A stretch of DNA of 64,000 nt from Chrysemys picta bellii (Eukaryota). Positions 1 to 10,997 of the stretch are shown here, in pieces. The stretch is taken from assembly GCF_011386835.1 (NCBI RefSeq), contig NC_088802.1, positions 38,688,001 through 38,752,000 on the forward strand, in the 5' to 3' direction. Each line of letters opens with the position of its first letter. The stretch's first letter is position 1. The position numbers and the translations under genes were made by a program. Below the pieces are notes generated by a model that saw only the letters and a list, made by a program, of their open reading frames with translations, was not told where the DNA came from and ran no database searches.

Positions 1-260
1 CTATAACAGGAAAGAAATAAACCCACTGTCCTCTAGCTAGCTCGGATACCCATAGCAGTGAAGCTATGACAGCATGGGTTTCAGTGTGGGCTACACAAGC
101 TCGCTCAGGACCCTGGGTACTTACTCGGACAGCTGCCCTACACTGAAGTGCATACTGCTGCAGCTTCAATGTTATCAGTACCCAAATTAGCTAGCTTAAA
201 GCTAGTTCAGGGATGTCTACACATGTTGCAGTCACATCTCTGGTTGTAGTGAGACATACT
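1..260. mobile_element. Harbinger-type MITE, right end (starts before the window)
   Basis: Ends TGTAGTGAGACATAC, a degenerate copy of the GTAGTGTAGACATACCC terminus; internal GTCTACAC motif. Confidence 0.5.
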
Positions 261-639
261 TTCAGTTTCAATGTCAATAGTCCAGACCTTGGCGACAGAA
301 CTACAAGCATGTGCATGTGTGATGGAGGAAAAACAATTTGTTAAAGAAACAGATTTCAGTGTGAAGCTTCTGAAGAGTCATTAGAAACAAAAGTGACTTA
401 AAGACGTCTACAGAAGATACCTCAACAGTGTCCTTAAACTCTCTTCCCAACCCCTACTGCACTACCTCAAGAACATTTCTGGGATGGGCACTGTTATGTC
501 ACAACAAATAACTTAGAATATACCCTTTCAAAACAATTGCAAAACAGTCTCTTATGACTGGGGAGTGCTGCAAAATTCTGCCAGGGAAGAAAGATAACCT
601 TGCTGTGTTCTCCCAGTGTAATAACAAATCAGAACTTAC

Positions 640-772
640 CAAGACTTTTGAGGAAACCACAGAGTTTCTTGGCTGCATCGTTTACACAGAGATTGAATTT
701 AGCAGCAAAATAAGGCAATGACTGAGTGCATATAGACACTGCCAAAACTTTGTGTTTTGAGGTATCACATTT
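640..772 (-). CDS. NARF: NARF coding exon 4
   Basis: ttccag|AAATGTGAT...AGTCTTG|gtaagt, 133 nt. Confidence 0.96.
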
Positions 773-3700
773 CTGGAAAATAAACAAAGCATGCAGGTGG
801 ATTATTACAACAGCATAAGATCCCTCTCCTTCTCATTCCCTCCCCATCCCCAAGAGTCACTCCTCTAATTGCCTGCTCTTTAAACAAACATACCAGGAAA
901 GCCCCAATGAAGCAACTACCATCCTTCTTACAGAGAGTGGAATGGAATTTCCCTCTGGTTCTGTCAATGTTGAGAGTCAATCAGCTAGAGAGTTTGCTGT
1001 TGTATGACTCAAGGAATTCCATCCCTCCCAGGACAACCCTATCCTTGGCTCGTTAAGCAAGTAAGGAGAGTTAGAGAATCAACACTTATAGGATTTTGAT
1101 AACTAAGGGAAGCATAATGCTCCCAAAATATGGGAAGAGCTTAGAAACAAATATAGGTGTTTAGATTAAGGTTTACAGGAGCACGGAGATTTGAAATTTT
1201 AAATATGATCCTTCAAACTAAGGATGTGATCCTGAGAGATGCCCAATGGCCTTAACTTCAACAGGAATTGAGGGCATTCAGCAGGACTGGACCCTAAACA
1301 AACCAACCCAGCAATGCTATATATGCACAATCAAGTGTGTTTGGTTGAAGAAAAAGACTGATGTGCAAAGGTAACATTCTGGTGAGGATGACGTCATCTA
1401 TGTGAAGATGTACACTTTGTGTTTTAGTTAGGACATGTTGCCTGTCGTTTATGTTCCTCACCAACGGTAGTGGAAGACTTAAAAGACACAAGCGATAAAA
1501 CAGGAATAGAGAAATCCTGCACCAGATGACTTAATAGAAATTAGAACTGGAAGAAAGCAATGATTCTGCTACATTTAAATCTTTATTAGAGCATAAGCTT
1601 TCGTGGACTACAGCCCACTTCTTCGGATGGGCTGTAGTCCACGAAAGCTTATGCTCTAATAAATTTGTTAGCCTCTAAGGTGCCACAAGTACTCCTGTTC
1701 TTCTTTTTGCGGATACAGACTAACACGGCTGCTACTCTGAAACCTGTCATTTAAATCTTTGTCTGTCTCACACTTATACAACCACATCATGCTATAGAAT
1801 CAAACCAGTCCTAAAAACTGGCTAGAATATTCTGGGAGGAATCCTTACATATATCAAATAGGTGGAGAGAGCAGTATCAATTTCAATTAAAAATAAAATT
1901 TTTAAAGTAGCTGTTGCCTCCTGGGTGAGAGAACAATAGTCTGGAGTGGTAGATCATTAAGTCAATGTCAAGATCAGCAGACTCAAGTACAGTATGTATT
2001 AGGAAAGCTACCAAAGAACTAACCTTAACAATAAAATGGCACTGTCTTCATGTCAGACAGAAGCTATGATTTTATTTATTTTGCAAGAGGAAAAAGAACC
2101 CAAGATACAGCAAAAAGATACTCTTCTGAATACACATCTTTCAAATGTGTCTGGTATCATTCATACCTTAAAGCACGTACTAGAAACTAATGGGACAATT
2201 CTCTCTAATTTTTGCAGTCAGGTCTTTGATAATTGATAATTTCATACCTTGTGCATATTGTTATCTCATACTTTCACCATGATCACAAAAACCAGAATGC
2301 CTCCAACACTCGAGAAATGCATATTTAACAACACTATAATTGCACACCCTACAGTTTATTATTGAAGTTATGAGATAATCATCATGCTTTGCCCTACAGT
2401 TTCTTACTTATGCCTTACAGAATACATCTCATAAAATTTAGATTACAGCCATGATCTTACTTTCACTGATGTAGTGCTTTAACTGCTATACTATTCAAGG
2501 GTTTTTAGTTATCACTGAAACTGCTTAGTCACTATCTCACATCCTTCCTCTCACACAAATTCCTGCATGCTTTGTCACTTTACCTTGTTAAGGTTGAGTA
2601 TGCGAAAGAGTTCCTTCTGATTTTGCTGGAAAATCCTGACACCTTCTTCTGATGTCACACAGTTGTCACAAGCTAGGCAGTCACTAAGGAATATTTTAGC
2701 ACCAGCCAATTTATGGAATTCATTTTTCTAGAAATGAAAGGAGATTGGATAAGCTAACTTTCAGGGCCTTTGCACTGACTTATTTAAACTGCAACTGTAA
2801 AAACACAAGACTGTCCCCCTCATGTGTGGGTGTAACATTTAAAATTAGAAAATGGTCTGTTCAGTCTCTCTTGATTTCTCTGCCCCCTGTCATTATTAAA
2901 CTGTATTATTATATGCCAAAGCATTTTGAGATATTGTGTACTATCATACAGAAGACAGTAGTGGCAAAAAAATTCAAACTCAGATTTTTAAAGTTAAGCA
3001 TCTAACCAACATCCATATTTATGCACCTGAAGTGGCTTGATTTGCAGAGGCATTGAGCATTGCATCCATTAACTTCACAGGCAGTTGCGAGTACTTACCT
3101 TCTCAGGCTTCTTCAATGCTGAATATGGATTTACATAATTAACGTCAGACATCCAAGTCTGAAAACGTTGGCGACAGTTTTTATTAAGGGCACAAAACAA
3201 AGGAAAGGTCATGTCGTGATCACTTGAGTCAGGCAAACTGTCTCAGTGCCTAAACAAGATGAGTCCCATGTCTATGGCAAGCAGGATTTGGCCCCAAAGT
3301 TGCATTGTTTTTGTGTTACATTATATGAATGACAGCTCTGTAAGGGATCTGGGGGTCATAGTGGATCACAAGCTAAATATGAGTCCACATTGTAACACTG
3401 TTGCAAAAAAAGCAAACATAATTCTGGGATGTATTAGCAGGAGTATTGTAAGCAAGACATGAGAAGTAATTCTTCCGCTCTACTCCACACTGATTAGGCC
3501 TCAGCTGGAGTATTGTGTCCAGTTCTGGGTGCCACATTTCAGGAAAGATGAGGACAAACTGGAGAAAGTCCAGAGAAGAGCAACAAAAATGATTAAAGGT
3601 CTAGAAAATATGACCTTTGAGGGAAGAGTGAAAAAATTGGGTTTTGTTTAGTCTGGAGAAGAGAAGACTGAGAGGGGACATGATAACAGTTTTCAAGTAC

Positions 3701-6700
3701 ATAAAAGGTTGGTACAAGGAGGAGGGAGAAAAATGTTTCTTCTTAACCTCTGAGGATAGGACAACAAGCAATGGGCTTAAATTGCAGCAAGGGCGGTTTA
3801 GGTTGGACAGTAGGAAAAACTTCCTGTCAGAGTAGTTAAGGACTGGAATAAATTGGCCAGGGAGGTTGTGGAATCTCCATCCTTGGGAATTTTTAAGAGC
3901 AGGTTGGACAAACACCTGTCAGGGATGGTCTAGATAATACTTAGTCCTGCCTTAAGTGCAGGGTACTGGACTAGATGACCTCTCAAGGTCCCTTCCAGTT
4001 CTAGGATTCTATGATTTATGGATGGAACATTGTTTGTTAGTTAGTTTGAGAGAGGAGGAACTTCTGCAAAGGAGAGAGAGAGACTTCCAGACCCCTTGCA
4101 AACTCTCAAACGAAAAGTGTTATTCAGTGTAATTTAGCAAACCAAGTATGAGACCTATAGCATCATTACCTTTTTCACCTATAGTTAGAACATACTTTTG
4201 TGTGGTTTGAAGTGCCAAGCACCCTCCACCTTTTCTTTCAAAAGTAACTCACACAAGTAAGAAATTTGCAGGATCAATTTTTGCATGGAAACTGTTTTCC
4301 TGTATATTGCATTTGCCTTGAGTTGATCCTACTAACTCTGACTTGTGAGTAACTTTTACTCAAGTATTCCATTCTCTTCATTTGGACCACTCATGGGAGT
4401 AACGATTTCATGGGTTGGACCCGATCACGTCAGATGCCGAGCAGCCTAAACTTCTATGGATTTCACTCAGAGATAAAGGTGTTCAGCCCCTTGAATGATC
4501 AGGCCCTTAAAATGCAAGATGCTTTTTTCGGGGGGGAGGGGGAGGGGAGATACTGTGTCATTTTAAGTGTTGGTAAGTATCAGCTGCATGTCATTCTGTA
4601 ATTATGAACCACGTTTATTTGAACGAGTAAAAAATGCAAAAAAAGCTTGATTGAGATATAATAAAACAGGCACAAACCTTTTTTTTTTTTTTTTTTAAGA
4701 TTTGAGGAAGCATTTTCAGCCTTTTCAACTCTTTCTACAAAGCCACTGAAAGAAATTATCTTGTTGGTGCTCTGCACTGAGTGCTATCTTTTCAATTTCA
4801 TCCTTCTTAAGAAATTGTCAATATAATAAACCTGCTTTTCATAGCTGTTGAATACTCACGTATCCCACTGACTTTAATTGGAGTTCTAGGTGCTCAGCAC
4901 TTTTGAAAAACCAAACCCTGTGTTTGTATCCCTATCCCTAGAGCCCTACGTATATACAAAATTTGTATCCGCATCTGATTCACAAAAATGATCTGCAGAT
5001 ATCTGCATCAGTGGATAGCCATGGATATCTGCAGATTTACAGAGCTTTAGATATAAAATTTGGATCGGTTTCCATCTGCGATCTGCAAAAATGTTCCACA
5101 GATATCCGTATCCATGGATATCTGTGATCCGGATATCTGTGGCTATAAAGTGGATATCTGCGGATTTGCAGGGCTCTACCTATTCCAGCTCCCTTCTGGA
5201 TTATTTTCTGTGAATTAGTTCTTACATGTAGGACTTTGGTTTATAAGTACAGTGCATATATTTATTTGTGTATAGCTTATCCTAACATTTATTTATTCTT
5301 TTCCAAAGGAAAAAAGGGCACAGAACAGAGAAGGATAAAAGTCAAAACAATAATATACCTTAGATTAATAAAATCATTTCAAAAAAGGAACATTACCTCC
5401 TCATTTTCATCATTCGTGCTCAGTGGATCAACCGATGTATTTTGCTTGTCATCATTTTTCTGTTTTTTACTACATTCCTGAAAGACATCATAGAAATGTG
5501 TGATATAAACCAAAAACCACTGCTCAAAAAACATTTTTAACTAGGTCTATGACTTCAGATTGTGTGTTACATTTTTCCAACATGTTTATTACAATGAAAA
5601 CATTGATGGGAAGTTCACCTGCTTGGCTTTTACAGCTTTGGGTGTATTTTTAACACTGGGGGCAGGGATAAGGAAAGAGAGCAGGGAGAAAGGTACTGCA
5701 GTATATATGGCAACCAGTATAGCAGGGGTGGCCAGCCTGTGGCTCCGGAGCCACATGCGGCTCTCTTCAGAAGTTAATATGCGGCTCCTTGTATAGGCAT
5801 CGACTCCGGGGCTGATGCTACAGGTGCCAACTTTCCAAGGGGGGGAGGTGCTCACTGCTCAACCCCTGGCTCTGCCACAAGCCCTGCCCCCACTCCACCG
5901 CTTCCTGCCCCCACCCCTCAGCCTGCTGTGCCCTCGCTCCTCCCCCCTAGAGCCTCCTCCATCCCAAGAAACAGCTGATCAGGAGGTGCAGGGAGGAAGG
6001 GGGAGGCGCTGATCAGCGGGGCAGCAGGCGGGCGGGAGGAGGCACTGGGAGCTGGGCGGGGAGCTGATGGGGGCTGCTGACATATTACTGTAGCTCTTTG
6101 GCAATGTACAGTGGTAAATTCTGGCTCCTTTTCAGGCTCAGGTTGGCCACCCCAGCACTATAGTGTACCATAAAATAGTCACATAAAGCCATTTGAAATG
6201 TAATCAGAATATAATGAAAATTGCATAAAAGATCATGTCACACACAAAAAATCAGCATCGGTAGGTTACATTAAATGTCATTCCCATCACAACTTGCCCA
6301 GAGAAATAAATATAATTAAACCTTTCCTGGAAAAAAAAACAGTTTATACATTATTATATGAATGGTATCAGTAAGGTAGACTACAAGAGGCAAGCTCATT
6401 TAGAACTATGCACTGTGTAGTGGCTATCTGTGACCTGGTAATCTATGACCAAATTCTATTACTGCACCACCGTCTCAGATATAATATATCAAAAAGTTCA
6501 AGTCACTTAACTGTGCACTGGCTGCAACTTAGCCCTGCCCTGCGGTATAAAGTTAAGCCCCTCCAGCGGCCCAGACTTGCTTTTCTTATTCAAAAAAGGA
6601 AACCCCTTGAAACACAAAGGATCCTCACATTATGTAACAGATCAAGCAAGTGAGTGTCTGACCTGGGGGTGGAGTCAAACTACTTACTGTTTCCCATGCA

Positions 6701-6753
6701 TAAAGTCGTAAGAAAATAGCACTCACCTTTTTGGTACAGTTTTCACACTTCAT
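640..6753 (-). CDS. NARF: Nuclear prelamin A recognition factor, 5' part of spliced CDS: join(6727-6753, 5397-5477, 2584-2727, 640-772); continues beyond the left edge
   Basis: Spliced translation [22 protein letters not shown].../[29 protein letters not shown].../[28 protein letters not shown]...CGFLKSLG matches vertebrate NARF. Exon sizes 27/81/144/133 nt, all GT-AG, phases consistent. Confidence 0.96.
1585..1747. mobile_element. Short Penelope-like element insertion with 5' inversion
   Basis: 13-bp duplication CATTTAAATCTTT (1572-1584, 1748-1760); perfect 35-bp inverted arms 1582-1616 / 1629-1663; typical turtle PLE end GGATACAGACTAACACGGCTGCTACTCTGAAAC. Confidence 0.82.
1591..1630 (-). 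ncRNA. Minimal hammerhead ribozyme-like motif, variant core CCGAAGA
   Basis: CAU-CCGAAGA-A-GUGGGC(UGUA)GUCCAC-GAAA-GCUU-AUG; lies on the sense strand of a NARF intron. Confidence 0.42.
2584..2727 (-). CDS. NARF: NARF coding exon 3 (CLACDNC Fe-S-type motif)
   Basis: ttctag|AAAAATGAA...AACAAG|gtaaaa, 144 nt. Confidence 0.96.
3341..4016 (+). mobile_element. 5'-truncated CR1 LINE 3' end
   Basis: [27 protein letters not shown]...RFRLD; ends GGTCCCTTCCAG..ATTCTATGATT. Confidence 0.93.
4939..5178. mobile_element. hAT MITE with GATATC/ATCCG subterminal repeats
   Basis: TIR TAGAGCCCT(A/G)C; 8-bp TSD CCTATCCC/CCTATTCC. Confidence 0.85.
5397..5477 (-). CDS. NARF: NARF coding exon 2
   Basis: tttcag|GAATGTAGT...GAGGAG|gtaatg, 81 nt, [27 protein letters not shown]. 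Confidence 0.93.
5723..6155. mobile_element. hAT MITE
   Basis: TIRs CAGGGGTGGCCAGCCTG / CAGGTTGGCCACCCCAG; TSD CAGTATAG/CACTATAG. Confidence 0.85.
6727..6753 (-). CDS. NARF: NARF first coding exon (CDS part, MKCENCTKK)
   Basis: ATGAAGTGTGAAAACTGTACCAAAAAG|gtgagt. A strong polypyrimidine/TAG acceptor at 6846-6847 suggests the exon spans 6727-6845. Confidence 0.9.
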
Positions 6754-7117
6754 CTGTGAGTCTTTGTATTACTTTTTGGTATGTATGTCTATTCAATGTT
6801 TAAAGGTGATTTTCTTTCTACAGAAGAGTGTTGATTCTCTTTATTCTACAGGCAGAGGAAGAACGGAGGAAGCAGAGGGAGGAGTTCAATGACTCTGCTT
6901 GTCAGCTCTCTGCAATAATAAAGGCACAAAGAGCAAGAAATTAGCCTAGCTCCCCCTTCCAATTCCTGTTGCCTTTTGTTGTTATTATTATTGGCCTACT
7001 GCCCTCTTATGGCACGCCTCCTGATTGGCACTTTCAAAAGCCATCGAGATGCCCGGGAGTGGGAGGGTCTGACTGCATAGCACCCAATTCGGTCTTCCTG
7101 TGGGTGGGAAGGACCTT

Positions 7118-7169
7118 TAGATTCATAGATTCAAGGACTGGAAGGGACCTCGAGAGGTCATCGAGTCCA
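7118..7169 (-). mobile_element. Very short CR1 3' tail
   Basis: TAGATTCATAGATTCAAGGACTGGAAGGGACCTCGAGAGGTCATCGAGTCCA. Confidence 0.7.
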
Positions 7170-9878
7170 TTAGCTTCTTCAGACTCTATAATGGACCGGT
7201 TTTACAAAAAATAATTATCACACCACACGTTAGAGAATTTGCTTACATTGTAATGCGCAACAAATACCGCAGAGGAAAAGCTTTTAGGAAGATCAGTGGG
7301 CTGGATGCAGGGCCTGCAATCAGCATGATTAATGGCTTTAGTATTGTACAGAAACATTCCCTTCCCCCACCTCCTTGACATGCTTAGAATACAAATCTGT
7401 AACCCATGATTCTGATTCATGTTCATGCTGTAGATTCTGGCAGCGAATACATGTTGCTCTGGGGGTCGGGGACTTTGGTCATCCCTGTATTTTGCACAGT
7501 GGTAGCAAGCTTTGACACTACATGCAATTGATGCGAAATGAACATGCAAAACAAGGGTGGTAAAAGGGGTCACCCCTGCACAAGCAGAAGAGACTGTATC
7601 TTGCTCTAAGAGGAGACTTGGGACACTGCTTCTCGAGGGAAAACGCAGCTCTCTTCTTAATAATGGTGGGAGTGCTCCATAGACAGTGCCGGTGTAGACT
7701 CTGTCTTGCAGGAACATCAAAATGGGGGGGAACAACAGGTTCACACCGCCGCAATGGAGGAGGAAAAACTGCTTTTGATTTGAGTCTCGTGAATGTGGTG
7801 GCGCCTCATTCTCTGCTTAAGTGTTTAATAGCCCCCCTTTTAATCACACACACAAACCTCTCTTCTCTTATCCCAGTGATTACACAAATCGCTCCCTGTG
7901 GGGCACCTTAAGCCTTGAATTCTGATCATTTGCAATGAAACGATTCATGATTCTCACTACCATCATCGATTTTTTTTTTCGCAAAGTCAGCACAAGGCTA
8001 ACAATTTCCCACTGTCACAACCGCAGTACATTGCTTGGCACCCAGATGCAGAACAAAGGGGGGAAATCTAACATTTTTTATGTCTATACAAACACACAGA
8101 CGTGCTATCACAAGCTGTAACAAAATAACCACCATGCAGCTAAAGGAATGAAAGAGAAGAAAGGGGAATGAAAGAGAAAGGAAGGGAAAAGAATGAGATA
8201 CTGTACCTTGCTGCTTGCTTCATTTAACCTATAGTAAATTATGTCCTGGCTGGTAGAAATTAAACAGCATGAGGTAAAGTCTGGAGCATGTTGCGGCTAT
8301 TAAAGAGATCCATGTATATATTAGGGGAAAAAACTAGGCGACAAGGGTAGGGAGTCAAGCACAGGCTCCAGAAAAAGAAGCGAAGTGCTCTTCTTTTTCA
8401 CCTATTATTTAATGTAAATTCTTTCTGTCCTGCTTGTGCCCTGAGCGGCTCCCCCGGCAGCCTCTACTCCCTCCCTCCCACTCAGTTAGAAGTGTTCATT
8501 GTAGACCTGAGCGCTGTCACGTAGTCCCAGGCACTTATCTGGAACTGCAAGGGACAGCGCCTCTCTGCTGCAGAGGAGGTAAAGGTAACGCCTCATTCTC
8601 ACAGCTCGGCTAGGACAGAGTGGGGGCAACAACAGCAAAGAAGCTTCAAGACTGACATTCACACGTTGCTAAAGGGCACTGCTTTGTTTGTACACACTTC
8701 ACCACTCCATACAGGATATGCTTTTCTAGCGCCTCAAAAGCAGAAACTAACGTGAAGTTCCACAGATCTCCTTGAGTTTTTTTGTGTTAAGACATTGAGC
8801 TTTTTGTGTTGCTTTTTTTCACCATGACTATTAAAAAGAAACAAGAGAGCTTATCTCAAACTATAGTACCTACATTGTAGACTGACTTGCCCCGAGCCTG
8901 AAGGCTGTGCCTACTGTGCATATATTGATTTCAATAAACAATAAATGAACACAACTGCACTATTTGTTTGTGTCTTCCTTGAGAGACAAATAGAAATTGC
9001 TTCTATATTTTGTTCACTTGCAATAACAAAAATTGCAGAAAAGCGGCTTTGCCCACACCCTGCAGTGAGAAGGGAAGCTGTTTGTAGACTGTATTTGGCC
9101 CTTTTGGTGTCCCAAGCATAATTTAAAGTGCTGTTATAAATCAGAAAATAGCAAACAGTGGAAACATGTAAACTGTAATTATGCACAGTAGTATGGAGCC
9201 TCATATATCCTCTGCATGACAACTGTACTCACATTCCCTTTAAGGAGACAGTTAACATTAATGGCAAGTCATTGACATACAGAGAGATTTGAATAGCTTT
9301 TCCTGCTGTTCTTGAGTTTGTTTGTATGTAATATTCAACAATTACACATGGGCAAAACTGCATTCTTCTTTCCTTTTATTTTTTTCCCCTCTGAGTTTCT
9401 CTCTAAGACAGCTCCTTCTGGATTTAGGAAGGTTATGGAAAAATCATATTACTACAGCTAAATACAATGCAAATGATAATTTCCTGTTTCTATAACTCTG
9501 GTTTTCATGATTTAGTAAGCACAGTACATGTGATTTTACATGTTTCACTTCTCTTTTGTGACCTTTTACATTTTAAAGGCTAAAAAGTGACAATGACCTT
9601 GAATCTGTTTTTATTCAGATCCCAACTGGAAGCCTCAGCTATAATGGTATTATTTACCACAAAAGTTTTCCTTCCCAAAACAGCAGATATACCCAACTCC
9701 ATGAAAAAGACTTCTACAATTTAAACTGCAGATCCTTATGCACCTGGATCACAGGTTCAGTATTTTCAGACATTAATACAAAGGTCAAATTCAATATTGG
9801 GATCTCTTTTCCATTTTATCCTTTAAAACAAACAAACAAACAAACAAAAAAAACATGCAGCTATGCACATCTGTGCAG

Positions 9879-10020
9879 GAACATAAGAATGGTCATACTG
9901 GGTCAGACCAATGGTCCATCTAGCCCAGTATCCTGTCAATGTACTTCAGAAGGAATGAACAGAATAGGTAATCATCAAGTGATCCATCCCCTGTAGCCCA
10001 TTCCCAGCTTCTGGCAAACA
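9879..10020 (-). mobile_element. CR1 3'-end fragment
   Basis: GAACATAAGAATGGTCATACTGGGTCAGACCAATGGTCCATCTAGCCCAG, a typical reptile CR1 tail. Confidence 0.75.
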
Positions 10021-10063
10021 CTTCAAGCTTATGCTCAACTTCAGAGACTGTGCATTGTGTGAA

Positions 10064-10997
10064 TTTAGTGAGGCGGTGGGCTACCCCACAGCTCCGCTGA
10101 GGGCCGAACCTCCCCTAATACCAACGTGGGCGGAGCCACCGGGTCCGGCGCCCACCCCTCCGAGGTCACGGCCCCGACCCGGAAGTATAAAAGCCCGCCT
10201 GCAGAGCTTAGGGGAGCCTAGGCTGGTGGAGAGAGCAGATGTCTGTGGCCGAGCTTCTGCTTGGGAAACAGCTGCAGGCTGCGACCGGCCTGCTGACTCA
10301 CCGGGCCAGCCGAGCCTACCTCTCGCCCGCTACCCCGAGGAGGACTGGCTGAGCCTACTCTGTGCCAGCTACCCCAAGGAGGAGCTGAGCCTGCCCTTCG
10401 CTACCTACCCAGAGGAGCCAATGCTGGTGGAGAGCACAGACGACACTAGGACGGCCCAGGTACCATACGAGGGGGAGTGTGGAAGTAGCCCGGGGGCAGC
10501 CGACCCCAGTCTGGCTGCTGCACTGCCAGAGCCGATGTCAGTGTGTTGCAGCCAGGATCCCCACTGACAGCAGCGAGTTTCTGCTGCTGCTAGGGCCCCG
10601 GGCTGGGACGCAGTGGAGTGGGAGGGCCTGTGTCCCCCCTGCCACCCACTCCTTGGGTGGCAGACTCCCCCTTTTTCCCCTGGCCTAGAGAGGCTGGGTA
10701 CCTGCTTGACTATTGGCTTGCTGCCCCGCCCTGACCTAGAGCCTGGGCTGCCACAAACTGACTCAGCCCCTGCCCAAGGGCCGGGGTTTCTGATTGTCTA
10801 TTTAATTGCTGCCTCGCTCTGACCTAGGGCCTGGCCTGCTATAGACTTTGCCTCAGTCCCTGCTTACAGGCCTGAGCCCTAACTGTGTGTCTGTTGTCCC
10901 AGACTGCCGCCGGACCCGGACGGACGGCGGACTGTAGCGAGGCAGTGGGATACCCCACTGCCCCGCTGAGGGCCGAACCTCGGCCAACACTTCTACA
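10064..10997 (+). mobile_element. Solo-LTR-like retroelement with a 47-bp terminal direct repeat
   Basis: Termini T(T)TAG...TACA; possible TSD GTGAA/GGGAA; GC box 10128, CCGGAAGTATAAAAG 10179-10193; 10066-10112 repeated at 10935-10981 (42/47). Confidence 0.65.

Noticed and set aside
6853-6948. Apparent + strand exon (acceptor, then AEEERRKQREEFNDS...*)
   Set aside because: The purine-rich stretch is simply the complement of the NARF minus-strand polypyrimidine tract and 5'UTR; no partner exons found
7202-7744. 180-codon minus-strand ORF, one of the longest non-TE ORFs
   Set aside because: No ATG at the listed start, no recognisable domain and no clear splice context; treated as a chance ORF, though the region could be a conserved non-coding element
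10031-10567. 178-aa ORF with YPEE repeats
   Set aside because: Lies in the GC-rich LTR-like element; the repeats reflect nucleotide tandem repeats; non-ATG start
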